Shown here one piece after another: positions 20,496-30,542 of a stretch of 64,000 nucleotides of DNA. The stretch is from Candidatus Latescibacterota bacterium (GTDB taxonomy: Bacteria; Latescibacterota; CBDEFO01). Position 1 is the stretch's first letter; each line of letters begins with the position of its first letter. The notes beneath the pieces are model-generated. The model made no database searches. It was not told the origin of the DNA and worked only from the letters and a program-made list of their open reading frames with translations. Made by a program: the position numbers and the translations under genes. The stretch spans positions 1,152,001 through 1,216,000 of the forward strand of contig CBDEFO010000008.1 in assembly GCA_965237525.1 (NCBI GenBank). Reading direction: 5' to 3'.

Positions 20496-21482
20496 ATGGC
20501 AAAGAACACTATACAGAGGGGGAGAGCCGATGTTGTGTCTCCGAGATTGCTTCGGGTCCCCCGATTCAATCGGGGAAGCAATCTCCTTTATCTACTGTCT
20601 ACTATCTACTGTCTACTATCTACTGTATCTTACGCCGGGATAGATCCGGATGCCGGCAGGACCGGACTCTCATTCTTGAAGATAGGCGTAGGCGCAAGGG
20701 CCGCCGCAATGGGGTCTGCCTACACCTCCGTGTCGAAAGATCAATCATCAGCTTACTGGAATCCCGCAGGTCTCATTGGAGTAAAGGGCAGAGACGTCTT
20801 ACTTGTTCACAACGAATGGATACAGGATATAAGCCACGACTACGCCGGTGCCGCCTTTGGAGGAGAGGACAGAGCGTTTGCCCTGAGTGTTATCATAAAC
20901 TCCGTCGGAGGATTGGAAAGGAGGACAGGAGCTTCGTTGAAACCTTTGGGGAATTTTAGCGTCTATGATTCAGCGGTCTTGTTGTCCTACGCCCAAAGGG
21001 TTCACGATAATGTGAGCGTGGGCGCGACGGTCAAATGGCTCGCCGAGAAGATACATGTGGAAAGCGCACTCGGAGCGGCGCTGGATCTCGGAGCCATCTA
21101 TACATATAAGAACTTTGCAGGGGGATTCTCATTGAAGAACGTCGGAGGGATGAACAAGCTAAATGAAGAATCGGTAGATTTGCCTGTTGAAGTAAGGTTC
21201 GGAGCCTCTTATCTATTATCAGCTTTAGAATGGGGAGATATCTTAGCCTCGACTGACGTAAGGGTGCCGAACGACTCGGATGTTAGTTTCCACGCCGGAA
21301 TCGAATGGGAGTACAGCAGGATATTTGCTTTGAGATTCGGCGGACAAAGCGGGAGCGACACGATGGATATTTCCACGGGGTTCGGACTCAGATTTACAAG
21401 ATGGAGGCTGGACTATGCCTTTGTTCCCTTGAACTTCGGGCTTGGAAATTCGCACAGATTTGCAGTAGGCCTGACAGATTAG
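20496..21482 (+). CDS. PorV/PorQ family outer-membrane protein
   Basis: FLKIGVGARAAAMG..YWNPAGL; DYAFVP..LGNSHRF. Confidence 0.85.
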   Translation: MAKNTIQRGRADVVSPRLLRVPRFNRGSNLLYLLSTIYCLLSTVSYAGIDPDAGRTGLSFLKIGVGARAAAMGSAYTSVSKDQSSAYWNPAGLIGVKGRDVLLVHNEWIQDISHDYAGAAFGGEDRAFALSVIINSVGGLERRTGASLKPLGNFSVYDSAVLLSYAQRVHDNVSVGATVKWLAEKIHVESALGAALDLGAIYTYKNFAGGFSLKNVGGMNKLNEESVDLPVEVRFGASYLLSALEWGDILASTDVRVPNDSDVSFHAGIEWEYSRIFALRFGGQSGSDTMDISTGFGLRFTRWRLDYAFVPLNFGLGNSHRFAVGLTD

Positions 21483-21519
21483 TGGGGGAATATCCGCGTT
21501 TCTGCTCTGACTTGGGCGT

Positions 21520-21596
21520 GTCAGAAAGGAATGTCTGACCCACAACAATAGTGTGTTGATAATGTGGTGGGTAGGACGACATTTTTGTCTGTCCAT
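21520..21596. repeat. Divergent pair of GTAG/GTGG REP-like hairpins (related pair at 23318-23380)
   Basis: GTCAGAAAGGAATGTCTGACCCAC and GTAGGACGACATTTTTGTCTGTCC. Confidence 0.55.
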
Positions 21597-21655
21597 TTGC
21601 TTGGGGTTCACCCCTGCATTAAACGGAAAACTAAAGGAAAGGCAGGAGAGTCACC

Positions 21656-22609
21656 TTGCTGTGGAAGCGGAACGGAAAAGTGAATTTGCCCGAGGGGAAA
21701 GAATGGGTTCAACCGGGCTTGTCTCCCTATCAGATGTGGACTCCGCATCAGCCGAAGCCCTCCAATCCTGCCATTAATGTACTGCTGTTTATCCTTACAG
21801 CAATTACCACGACGACCGCAGGAGCTATGATGAGACCCGATGTCGATCTGGCTGCAAATCCTCTACTGTTTTATAAGGGCCTGCCGTTTTCAGCGAGTCT
21901 GCTTTTGATACTCGGTGTTCACGAGTTCGGACACTATTTCGCCGCAAGGAGCTGGAACGTAAAAGCCACGCTTCCCTATTTTATACCGGAGCCTTTCCTT
22001 ATGTTCATAGGCACGTTCGGCGCTGTGATCAAGATAAAATCTCCCATACCGAACAGAAAAGCGTTAGTGGACATCGGAGCCGCAGGACCCCTTGTGGGTT
22101 TCGTAGCGGCCATCATCGTATCTGTAATCGGACTCAGCATGTCAGAGACAGTATTTGCTACAGAGGCAGTCGAAAGGCCTTCCATCGAATTGGGAGATTC
22201 ATTAATCTTTTTGCTGCTTTCTAAGATCGTAGTGGGTGAGCTGGCCTCTGATGCGCAGCTTTATCTCCATCCTGTGGCTTTTGCCGGATGGATCGGACTC
22301 TTTGTCACGGCTCTGAATCTTCTGCCCATAGGTCAATTGGACGGAGGACATATAACCTACTCTCTTTTTGGGAGATGGCACCGCCTCATATCGAAGCTAG
22401 CGATTGTCGGACTTGTGGTCTTGGGGTTCGTATCCGGGTGGTACGGGTGGTTCCTTTGGGCGTTTATGTCTCTGTTTGTCTTCGGAAGGCGACATCCACC
22501 TCCTTATGACTCGTATATCGTGTTGGATAATAGACGCAGAGCCCTTGGCTACTTATCTATGGGGATTTTTGTAGTTTGCTTTATGCCGGCTCCGATAAGC
22601 ATAGCCTGA
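21656..22609 (+). CDS. Site-2 protease family (M50) membrane metalloprotease
   Basis: HEFGH, GAAGPL and NLLPIGQLDGGH motifs. Confidence 0.92.
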   Translation: MLWKRNGKVNLPEGKEWVQPGLSPYQMWTPHQPKPSNPAINVLLFILTAITTTTAGAMMRPDVDLAANPLLFYKGLPFSASLLLILGVHEFGHYFAARSWNVKATLPYFIPEPFLMFIGTFGAVIKIKSPIPNRKALVDIGAAGPLVGFVAAIIVSVIGLSMSETVFATEAVERPSIELGDSLIFLLLSKIVVGELASDAQLYLHPVAFAGWIGLFVTALNLLPIGQLDGGHITYSLFGRWHRLISKLAIVGLVVLGFVSGWYGWFLWAFMSLFVFGRRHPPPYDSYIVLDNRRRALGYLSMGIFVVCFMPAPISIA

Positions 22610-22670
22610 TATTCGCTTTCCCGTGTTACGATAAGATGAAAAGTGGTGTAGAGATGAAGAGTCACCATAT

Positions 22671-23270
22671 ATGATAAGACACGTTTGCATATTCTTGATA
22701 GCGGCGATCTGGACTTCGGGATGTTCAAATCCCTTCTCGACCAGGGATGACCAAGTCCAACCTCCCACGGGAGGCAGGTCACCTATCGGCACTGCGGTCC
22801 GTGGGGAAGAACTATTGGAGAATTTGAAAGAAGCTGTGCAAAGTCTAAGGCCGGCCGATTATCTTCAGCTTCTGTCGGACGACTTCATCTTTACGCCCGA
22901 TGAGAAGGACTCCAGCGACTTTAGCCATATATACGACGATCTCTGGGACAAAGAAAAAGAGGAGAGTTTTGCCGATTTCTTTTTGAGCGACAGCCTCTTG
23001 GTCAGATCCATCAGTATGCTTGGAAACTGGCCTCCGACGCTCTTTGAAGCTTCATCAGATGGGAACCAGGAGGAATACAGAGACAATTATATAGCTACAA
23101 TATTCTACCTTGAAGAACGAGAAGATACCCCACGTAGGATCAGCGGGGAGTTCTGGCTCTCCTTGAGAAAAAATGAGGAAGGAAGCTGGGAATTGTTCAG
23201 ATGGCGGGACTTCAAGACGAGTCAGGAAGAAAGCACCTGGGGCGAACTCAGAGCCAGGTTTCTAAATTAA
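22671..23270 (+). CDS. Hypothetical lipoprotein
   Basis: TSGC lipobox followed by NPFSTR..P.P; paralogous to the next gene. Confidence 0.75.
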   Translation: MIRHVCIFLIAAIWTSGCSNPFSTRDDQVQPPTGGRSPIGTAVRGEELLENLKEAVQSLRPADYLQLLSDDFIFTPDEKDSSDFSHIYDDLWDKEKEESFADFFLSDSLLVRSISMLGNWPPTLFEASSDGNQEEYRDNYIATIFYLEEREDTPRRISGEFWLSLRKNEEGSWELFRWRDFKTSQEESTWGELRARFLN

Positions 23271-23453
23271 GTATCAAGTCAAAATAGTCTGGAGATTATA
23301 GAGGTCCAAATAGAACAGACAAGAAAACCTGTTCTACCAACATGCATAACAAGGTAGGTCGGACATTCTTATCTGGCAATTCTTTCTAGGTGAGGCTCTC
23401 CGGTCTACTTATTTCGAAGTCCCTTAATTTCTTCAACAGGAGGCGACAAGAAA

Positions 23454-24110
23454 ATGTTTATGAAGTCCGACGTTTGTATTGCAGCAGTATGTGCGGTCTT
23501 GGTCTTTACGCTTATGATAGGATGCGGAAATCCCTTTTCCCCTCCAACAACTAAGCCACCCGGAAACAATGGCAATGGTGGCAACGGAAGTGGTAACGGT
23601 GGTGGGACCGGAGGAGGCAACGGAGGTGGTAACGGTGGTCCTATCCCAGATGCCACACAGGCTGAGATCCTCCTTGAAAACCTGGATTTTGCTATGGATA
23701 ATAGGGACATCGAGGTCTATGAAGACCTGCTCGATGAAAGGTATTGGTTCACAGAACGGAGCGAGACGGACACTCTGGATATTGCCTGGGGAAAGGATCG
23801 AGATGTAACAATTATAACAAAAATCTTCAAGGAGTTCACGACATTTGATTTCGATTTTACACAGGCTGGAGGCACCCGCGGGAGGTTCACAGAGCCAAAG
23901 GGAACTGTTCTTCCAGCATTTGAGGGCGACCCTGACGCTCATGAAGACGAGGATTGGGAGGTGTTCTTCGGTCCTGTGAATATGCTTATGGTGGATGAGA
24001 CAGGGGAAAACGGCTTCCGCGTAAATCAGAATATGACCTTTAAGCTGAGACAGAATGAAGAGGGTATGTGGAAGATAGTTCGGTGGGATGATGATCCTCT
24101 CACCCGGTAA
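23454..24110 (+). CDS. Hypothetical lipoprotein with Gly/Asn-rich linker
   Basis: IGC-GNPFSP; GNNGNGGNG repeats; C-terminal W.I.RW.D shared with 22671. Confidence 0.75.
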   Translation: MFMKSDVCIAAVCAVLVFTLMIGCGNPFSPPTTKPPGNNGNGGNGSGNGGGTGGGNGGGNGGPIPDATQAEILLENLDFAMDNRDIEVYEDLLDERYWFTERSETDTLDIAWGKDRDVTIITKIFKEFTTFDFDFTQAGGTRGRFTEPKGTVLPAFEGDPDAHEDEDWEVFFGPVNMLMVDETGENGFRVNQNMTFKLRQNEEGMWKIVRWDDDPLTR

Positions 24111-24181
24111 GCGACTCCTCTTGTGATTTAACCTTTGGGGAAGAAAGATTGAGCCTTTCTTCCCCATATTTTTGATCTGAT

Positions 24182-25357
24182 ATGGACAGGGATAGAAGGC
24201 GCAGACCGCGCGCTCGGAGCATGGCCAAAAGGAAGAGGTCACTCAAACCTCTACTATGGACGTTAGTGCTCCTTTTTGTTATTTCTGCGGGAGCAGCGCT
24301 CATATACCGCAGCGTAACTGTCAAGGGCTCATCGGAAGGGGTTGTGCAAGAACCTTACCCTCTTTCTGCTATCTCCGACAGCCGCGTCTTTTCCGACAGT
24401 CTGAACGTCTATTTAGATCGTGTCCTTGGGGGATTGGGCATCGAGGGTGATTTGATAAACAAATATCCTCGATCCGACAGAGGGCCTAAAAGGACGCGGG
24501 TGAGAGTCCCTAAGGATCTGTCCTTATTAGTGTGCAATCTGGAGGTATCCCGTCTTGTAAAGGATCTGGGTGGAGAGGTACTGGAAGCCCGGCAGAATGA
24601 GAAGGGAACAAAGGTATCGATCCGCGCCGGGATGGACGGAGTGGAGACGGATCTGATACTCCTTTCAAGGGATGATAGAATAGTCCGCAAAAAGGGAAAG
24701 ATCGCAATTGTACTGGATGATTTTGGCTATCAGCGCATGGAGCTGGCAAGGGAGTTCTGCAGGCTTCCGCAGAGCCTGACTTTAGCAGTCTTTCCGGACA
24801 CGGACAACTCACAAAAGATAGCGCAAATGGCTCTGGATGGGGGCCACGAGGTTATGATCCATCTGCCCATGGAGCCGAAGGGTTTCCCTCTGCAGAAGCC
24901 GGGAGAAGGGGCGGTATACACAATCTATTCGACACGGGAGATAAAAAGGATCACAAAAAAGGCCATAAGGGCGATGCCGAAGGCCCTCGGACTCAGCAAT
25001 CATATGGGTTCCAGGGCAACCGAGGATATGAGAGTTATGAGAGCTGTGCTTTCGGAGATTAAACGGAACAAACTCTACTTTGTAGATAGCAGAACGTCCT
25101 CCAATTCAATAGCGTATGATCTGGCAGAAAAGATGGGGATACAGTGCGCTAAGGCGTCACTGTTTATAGATAATCCCGACGATGTCATGACGATAGAAGA
25201 AAGGCTTATGCAGGCCGCCGACCTCGCCGCTGGAGAAGGGACGGTTATAGCGGTCGGTCACGATAAGGCAGAGACGCTCCACGCCCTTCGCGCTGTCCTT
25301 CCAAAGCTGGAAAAGAGAGGATTTAAATTCGTGAAGGTGTCGGATATAGTGAATTAA
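24182..25357 (+). CDS. Divergent polysaccharide deacetylase (YibQ-like)
   Basis: IAIVLDDFG, HLPMEP, NHMGS, FVDSRT and AVGH motifs. Confidence 0.9.
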   Translation: MDRDRRRRPRARSMAKRKRSLKPLLWTLVLLFVISAGAALIYRSVTVKGSSEGVVQEPYPLSAISDSRVFSDSLNVYLDRVLGGLGIEGDLINKYPRSDRGPKRTRVRVPKDLSLLVCNLEVSRLVKDLGGEVLEARQNEKGTKVSIRAGMDGVETDLILLSRDDRIVRKKGKIAIVLDDFGYQRMELAREFCRLPQSLTLAVFPDTDNSQKIAQMALDGGHEVMIHLPMEPKGFPLQKPGEGAVYTIYSTREIKRITKKAIRAMPKALGLSNHMGSRATEDMRVMRAVLSEIKRNKLYFVDSRTSSNSIAYDLAEKMGIQCAKASLFIDNPDDVMTIEERLMQAADLAAGEGTVIAVGHDKAETLHALRAVLPKLEKRGFKFVKVSDIVN

Positions 25358-25358
25358 G

Positions 25359-25608
25359 CCCGAATAATTCACAAAAAAAGGCCGTGTATTAATTAAGGAA
25401 TTGTATTATATTATTAGTTATGCCGTTTAACCAGCTTCGGTGTCATTGCGAGCCGAAGGCGAAGCAATCTCGATTCTGTGGTAGATGTAATACTCTCCGG
25501 CTCTCATAGGAGACCACTATAAAACCTTGAGATTGCTTCCCCGATAGACTCAATCGGGGACCGCTTTGCTCCTCGCAATGACTCCGCCAAGTTTATGAAT
25601 TAATCGGG
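25359..25608. mobile_element. MITE copy 3 (250 bp, inverted orientation)
   Basis: Close to the reverse complement of copy 2, including the nested hairpin. Confidence 0.85.
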
Positions 25609-25733
25609 TGAAGTATCGGGCTAAATATGAGTAGGCAGTATATGGAACTGAGCGCACTCGCGGGTTCGGCTCTGACGATTTTCCTCTACGTTCATTCGCA
25701 GGGGCAAACTTGTGTGTCCGCCCTAATCTACTG

Positions 25734-26675
25734 CTACCAGGCGCGCTTTTGCGCCTTTTCTAAGGCGGCGTTGATCTCTTGATTCATGCGAAGAGCCGCT
25801 GCCCTAGCAGCTTTTCCGAATTCACGGGGTCCGTATAGGTTTGACTCATCTTTATATGCAAATATGATTCCCCTTGAGGAGTTCACCACTGCCCCCAATC
25901 CGTCCGGGTTGAAGTAGGAGATCACATCAGCTGCGGTGGCGCCCTGGGCGCCGTATCCGGGGACAAGGAGGTAGGATCTGGGCATTATGTGTCTCAGATC
26001 GTCCGCCTGTCCTGGAAATGTGGCTCCAACTACCCCTCCCACACATTTATAACCCCTGTTTCCCTCTGTGCTCTTTCCCCATCTGTCCACCATCTCTCCC
26101 ACGACTTCGTAGATGTGCCTGCCGTCTGTCTTTAAGTCCTGAAGTTCCTCTGACGATTTGTTAGATGTCTTGACAAGTACAAAGATGCCTTTTCCCCGAT
26201 CTCTTGCCCTCTGGATGAAGGGAAGAACGCCGTCTGAGCCGAAATAGGGGTTGACGGTTATGGCGTCCAGATTATATGGAGAAAGTTCATCTCCCAGGTA
26301 GGCGTCTGCATATGCCTCGGACGTTGAGCCTATATCGTTTCTCTTAACGTCGCCTATGACTATCAAGCCCTTATCCTTAGCGTAGTCTGCTGTCTCGGCG
26401 AACGCCCTGACGCCCCAGTGGCCATATCTTTCGTAGAAGGCGATCTGAGGTTTGACGGCGGGGACTATATGCACGACCGAGTGTATGATCTCTCTGTTAA
26501 AGCGCAAAATCGCCTCAGAGGCGGCCTGGAAGGGATCCTGGAACTCTGCACAGCTCTCCTCCCTTATAAAATCGGGAATCATCTCCATCCTCGGATCCAG
26601 TCCCACAACGGTGTGGCTCTGCTTTTCGATTATTTTTTGAATCAACCTATCTGTGAAGTTCATTGTCTCTTTCAT
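25734..26675 (-). CDS. pyrF: Orotidine-5'-phosphate decarboxylase (type 2)
   Basis: VGLDP, KPQIAFYE, DVKRNDIGST, VGAT, PGYGAQG and NSSR motifs. Confidence 0.95.
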   Translation of the reverse strand: MKETMNFTDRLIQKIIEKQSHTVVGLDPRMEMIPDFIREESCAEFQDPFQAASEAILRFNREIIHSVVHIVPAVKPQIAFYERYGHWGVRAFAETADYAKDKGLIVIGDVKRNDIGSTSEAYADAYLGDELSPYNLDAITVNPYFGSDGVLPFIQRARDRGKGIFVLVKTSNKSSEELQDLKTDGRHIYEVVGEMVDRWGKSTEGNRGYKCVGGVVGATFPGQADDLRHIMPRSYLLVPGYGAQGATAADVISYFNPDGLGAVVNSSRGIIFAYKDESNLYGPREFGKAARAAALRMNQEINAALEKAQKRAW

Positions 26676-26932
26676 AGTTTATCTAAATGTCTAAAGAAGT
26701 CATCAGCGTTATCGAAGCCGGTCACTCTCCCCTCACGTATATCCCTTTCGGACTCACGCATGCCTTTTTGCCATTCCTCCGTCCAGAAGTAGGCTTGGTC
26801 TTCATCAATAAGCCCAGCCTCGACAGCGACTTTAATTTCGTCCTGGGTCAGACCGACAGAATTGAGTATGTCTCTGTTTATCTTGTTGATCTTGTTCCGC
26901 GCAATAGCCAAGTTACGGTGATTATCAGACAT
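26672..26932 (-). CDS. Small antitoxin-like protein (DQAxFWTxEWQ motif), no toxin nearby
   Basis: IDEDQAYFWTEEWQKGMRESERDIREGRV resembles the C-termini of AbrB/MazE-type antitoxins. Confidence 0.6.
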   Translation of the reverse strand: MSDNHRNLAIARNKINKINRDILNSVGLTQDEIKVAVEAGLIDEDQAYFWTEEWQKGMRESERDIREGRVTGFDNADDFFRHLDKL

Positions 26933-27045
26933 AAGGACGCTAACTCCTTCCTACGATGGATCTCTATTGAGCATAGGCATCTGCGAGATCTACGGAGTCT
27001 GCGATCCCATAGATGCCCTCTATCTTGTTGGCTTCAACCATAAGG

Positions 27046-30000
27046 TTATGCCGTTCCAAAGTTTTCCAGAAAGATTACAAAGTCGGAGAGTCCGACCTCT
27101 CCATTGTCGTCCAGATCGAACAGCGGATCCCAATCGGTTGAACTGGCCGTCGTGGCGAACGCATCTAAAAAAAGGACAAAATCGGAGAGACCTACTTGGC
27201 TATCCCCGTCGAAATCCCCCAAGAGCGGCTCTGATGCGAGGAAGGGCTCGAAATCTACGCTTCCCTGAATCTGCGCGGCGATCTCTTCAAGAATAACTGT
27301 GCCCCACCAGTTGCCTTCGGCGTTTACCTCTCGAAAAGTTAGATTCTGCACGGAGATGTTGTTGCCGAGGAAGGAATTGCGTCTTATACGCTCAGGAATT
27401 CTGCCTCCTTCTATCCTCAATGCCGTGGATGCCTCCCGAAATGTGTTATATGTTATCCGGGGCGATGAGGATATGGAGGCTATGCCGATCTGGTTAAAAG
27501 TGAAGGTATTCTCCTCTATGTCCAGAGATGCCACGTCCCTTAATTCTATGCCCGTAGGGTCGGCAAATAACGAACGGACGATTTCCCCGGAAGTTTCTGA
27601 TAAACTAAGTCCAACTTCCCTGTTGTTCCTGATAATGCTGTCGGATATGTGCACCTGACCGCTCCATTCAGAGAGATCTATGCCCTCTTTGGCGTTCCTT
27701 TCGATTAGGCAGTCTCGGAGGTCGATTATGTGATCTTCGCCCGCAGAACCCTCGACTCCGGACCGATTTTGGAGGTTGATATTGCCAAGTGCACTTTGAA
27801 TATCCCCGTTTCCCGAAAAGGTGCACCCCTCAGCCTGAACGGAGCAGTTGTCCGTGGATAATCCGACTCCTACGTTATTTCTGATGGTGCAGTCCTTCAA
27901 AACCACAGATCCAGTTCCGCTCACATTTATCCCCCCCGACGCTCCGTTCTGCTCGATAGTCGTCCTTTCGAGGTTCAAAGTGCCATCACTAATCCTGAGA
28001 CTGATGCCGCCTCCGGGAGTAGACCTGATTATGGAGTCCCTCAGATAAGCCTGCGCTCCTTTGAGTTCTCCAGTAAGGGCAAAAGCTGGAAACTGAAGCA
28101 GTGTAAAGCTCATATCGAGGACTCCTCCGGGCACAAGCTTTATGCCGCCCCAGGCTTGGTCTGCGTCTCTAATCTGACTCAGCATGGATGTAAATAATAC
28201 ACCGCTTGCCGACGTTCCGGACGCTATCAGGGAACCTTCCACTATGAGCTCACATCGCAGTGGGTCGGCTCCTCGACCTGCCCAATCTCTATCGGCAAAG
28301 CGCACAGTCGTCCCGGCAGATACTGTCAGGGTGGTGCCTTCGGGAATTGTCATGTCTTCAGGAACGATGACTGTTCCTGACCATGTCGCATCTTCCGGAA
28401 GACGCTGTCTTACGAAGCCAAATTCTGATCCTTCGATTACTACTCCTGCTCTATTTATATCCTTTTGATCGTTTATAAGTCTTATGCCGTACCAATCTGT
28501 TTCGGATGGAAAGAGAGATAAGGAGGCTAGATTTATAGGATTCGAAGGATTCCCCTCAAGCAGGAGGCGACCGTAGATTATAAGCTCGCACCTATCTGGA
28601 TCTACACCGCTTTTCCTGACGTCGCCCTTGGAGATTCCGACCTGGGTCCCTGATGCGATAGTAAGCGTAGCACCGAAGTCAACTATCACATCGCCCGGTA
28701 CATTAACCGTCCCCGACCATGTAGTGTCCTGGGAAATTCGTCCGGGCGCCGGAGAGCCGATCATGAAATCCACTATCATATTGTTGCCGCTCTTTCTGAT
28801 ATTCTCCACAACGATCCCCGTACTTATAGTCTGGCCGAATCCCCCGTAGGCGTTGCTGCTGGGATTCGACTCAGAATCGAACGATGTGAAAGCTATCCCA
28901 TCGAAAGGATCGGTGGCATCTCCGAGGTTGCCGTCGTTAGCCTCCGCAAAGTCAGCGTCTCTTGACCATCGGTCGAGTTGATCCGCTCCGCTCGAAGGAT
29001 CTTCAGATCCGGCCTTAAGAAGGCCATCTGCGCACTCCAAATCGACCTGCTTGTGTCTTTCTTCATCGTTGTCAGCTGTCATATCCACATGCCAGATGAA
29101 GATGCCTCCACCGGGGATATTCCTGTCGTAGTATCCTCCCGATTTTTGTCTGTTTTCGACTAAAAAGTACTCCTCGTTGCTTATATGGATTTTGTAGACC
29201 TTACCTCCCATCTCTGAATCAGATATTACTACGTTCCTCATCGTCTCCTGGACAACGACCAGATTGTCATTCTCTCTTCCGATCCACCCCAACTGTTCCT
29301 TGCACCAGGCCGAAAAGGGGTTGGGGCCGTCTGTGCCTGACCATCCCAAGGTTCCCCGACCCATCATACCCCAGTTGCCTATTCCCGCGCCGTCGTCCTG
29401 TAGGTCCAGGTTAGGATTGGAAAGGAACGTCTGGTCAAAGAGGTCCGGTAGTCCGAAGACGTGCGCGAATTCGTGGGCTATCGTGCCCGCGGTGCTGGCA
29501 AAATTTCTAACCCTCTGCGTAGTGCCCCCCATCGCTGTAAATATCCCGGGAACCTTTATGAATCCGCCGCCGCTCTTTGTGTCGTTTGTGATAAAATCAT
29601 TCTTAAATCCGAGGGATGCAATGCCCGTCGCGGTGCCTATGAAAAAGCCGGTGGGTCTGCTCCTTAAGTTGATTGTGACGAAGTCCACAAAGCCGTCGTC
29701 GTCTCCCGAATTGGGGATATTATCCGGGCCGTCGTTGTCGAACTCGCCGAAGTCTATGTCGTTATCTACCTTGCTCAAGATCTCTAAGTTGAACTGATCG
29801 AATTTTCCGAGCTGTCGTTCAGGTGCTATAACGTATTCCTGGGCGGGAAAGTCCGATTCGTATCTCTTCCTCAGCACAGTTCCCGCCGCCTCTAACGCCC
29901 CAGAAGACATGCTCTCGTAAAAGTGGCTGAAGCTCCCTTCTCTGTTCGGGTCGAATATGTCATTTGCAAAGGAGGGGGCCAGGGAATCGGCAGGGGCTTC

Positions 30001-30255
30001 GCCTTTGAACTTGGCAAAGATTGCCAGGACTTTCTTTTTGCCCTTGGGCTCGATGTATGCGACTTTGCCCAAACCCTCTATGCGAGATTTGGGATCTCCT
30101 GCACATGCAAACGATTCTCCGTAAACAGCAGTAGGTAGCAGGTAGAAGATAGTAGATAGATAAAAGAACAACAAGGAGTGGGCAGTAGGTAGTAGATAGG
30201 AAAAAGAGGCAAGGAAGAAGTTCTTCGGTACTAAAACTCTATTCTTCCTGTTCAT
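27046..30255 (-). CDS. M6 family (immune inhibitor A-like) metalloprotease with beta-helix and C-terminal EF-hand/dockerin-like domain
   Basis: HEFAHVFGLPDL, EYFLVENRQ, IWHVD; parallel beta-helix repeats; GDFDGDSQVGLSDF and DLDDNGEVGLSDF. Confidence 0.88.
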   Translation of the reverse strand: MNRKNRVLVPKNFFLASFSYLLPTAHSLLFFYLSTIFYLLPTAVYGESFACAGDPKSRIEGLGKVAYIEPKGKKKVLAIFAKFKGEAPADSLAPSFANDIFDPNREGSFSHFYESMSSGALEAAGTVLRKRYESDFPAQEYVIAPERQLGKFDQFNLEILSKVDNDIDFGEFDNDGPDNIPNSGDDDGFVDFVTINLRSRPTGFFIGTATGIASLGFKNDFITNDTKSGGGFIKVPGIFTAMGGTTQRVRNFASTAGTIAHEFAHVFGLPDLFDQTFLSNPNLDLQDDGAGIGNWGMMGRGTLGWSGTDGPNPFSAWCKEQLGWIGRENDNLVVVQETMRNVVISDSEMGGKVYKIHISNEEYFLVENRQKSGGYYDRNIPGGGIFIWHVDMTADNDEERHKQVDLECADGLLKAGSEDPSSGADQLDRWSRDADFAEANDGNLGDATDPFDGIAFTSFDSESNPSSNAYGGFGQTISTGIVVENIRKSGNNMIVDFMIGSPAPGRISQDTTWSGTVNVPGDVIVDFGATLTIASGTQVGISKGDVRKSGVDPDRCELIIYGRLLLEGNPSNPINLASLSLFPSETDWYGIRLINDQKDINRAGVVIEGSEFGFVRQRLPEDATWSGTVIVPEDMTIPEGTTLTVSAGTTVRFADRDWAGRGADPLRCELIVEGSLIASGTSASGVLFTSMLSQIRDADQAWGGIKLVPGGVLDMSFTLLQFPAFALTGELKGAQAYLRDSIIRSTPGGGISLRISDGTLNLERTTIEQNGASGGINVSGTGSVVLKDCTIRNNVGVGLSTDNCSVQAEGCTFSGNGDIQSALGNINLQNRSGVEGSAGEDHIIDLRDCLIERNAKEGIDLSEWSGQVHISDSIIRNNREVGLSLSETSGEIVRSLFADPTGIELRDVASLDIEENTFTFNQIGIASISSSPRITYNTFREASTALRIEGGRIPERIRRNSFLGNNISVQNLTFREVNAEGNWWGTVILEEIAAQIQGSVDFEPFLASEPLLGDFDGDSQVGLSDFVLFLDAFATTASSTDWDPLFDLDDNGEVGLSDFVIFLENFGTA

Positions 30256-30542
30256 ATTGTTCGTTCTCCTTTGTCGCGTCAAACGCATTTACCAGGCTCG
30301 AACGGCTATTGCAGATAAATATAGGGCAAAGCCAAAGATCAGTCAAGCCTCAGGATTCGCTATCTTCCTATTACGGCTTCGCGGACTGAATTTGCTTTTT
30401 TGTTCTTTTGAAATCACAAAAAACATCATCACCGCAAGCGTGCATGTTGTATGTTGTCTATTTCTAAGTCGTCTGCTATAATGTGAGGAGGGGACAATTC
30501 TGTCACTTCTTGAGGGGTCACATCTGATCTGTCTTGTTTCTG

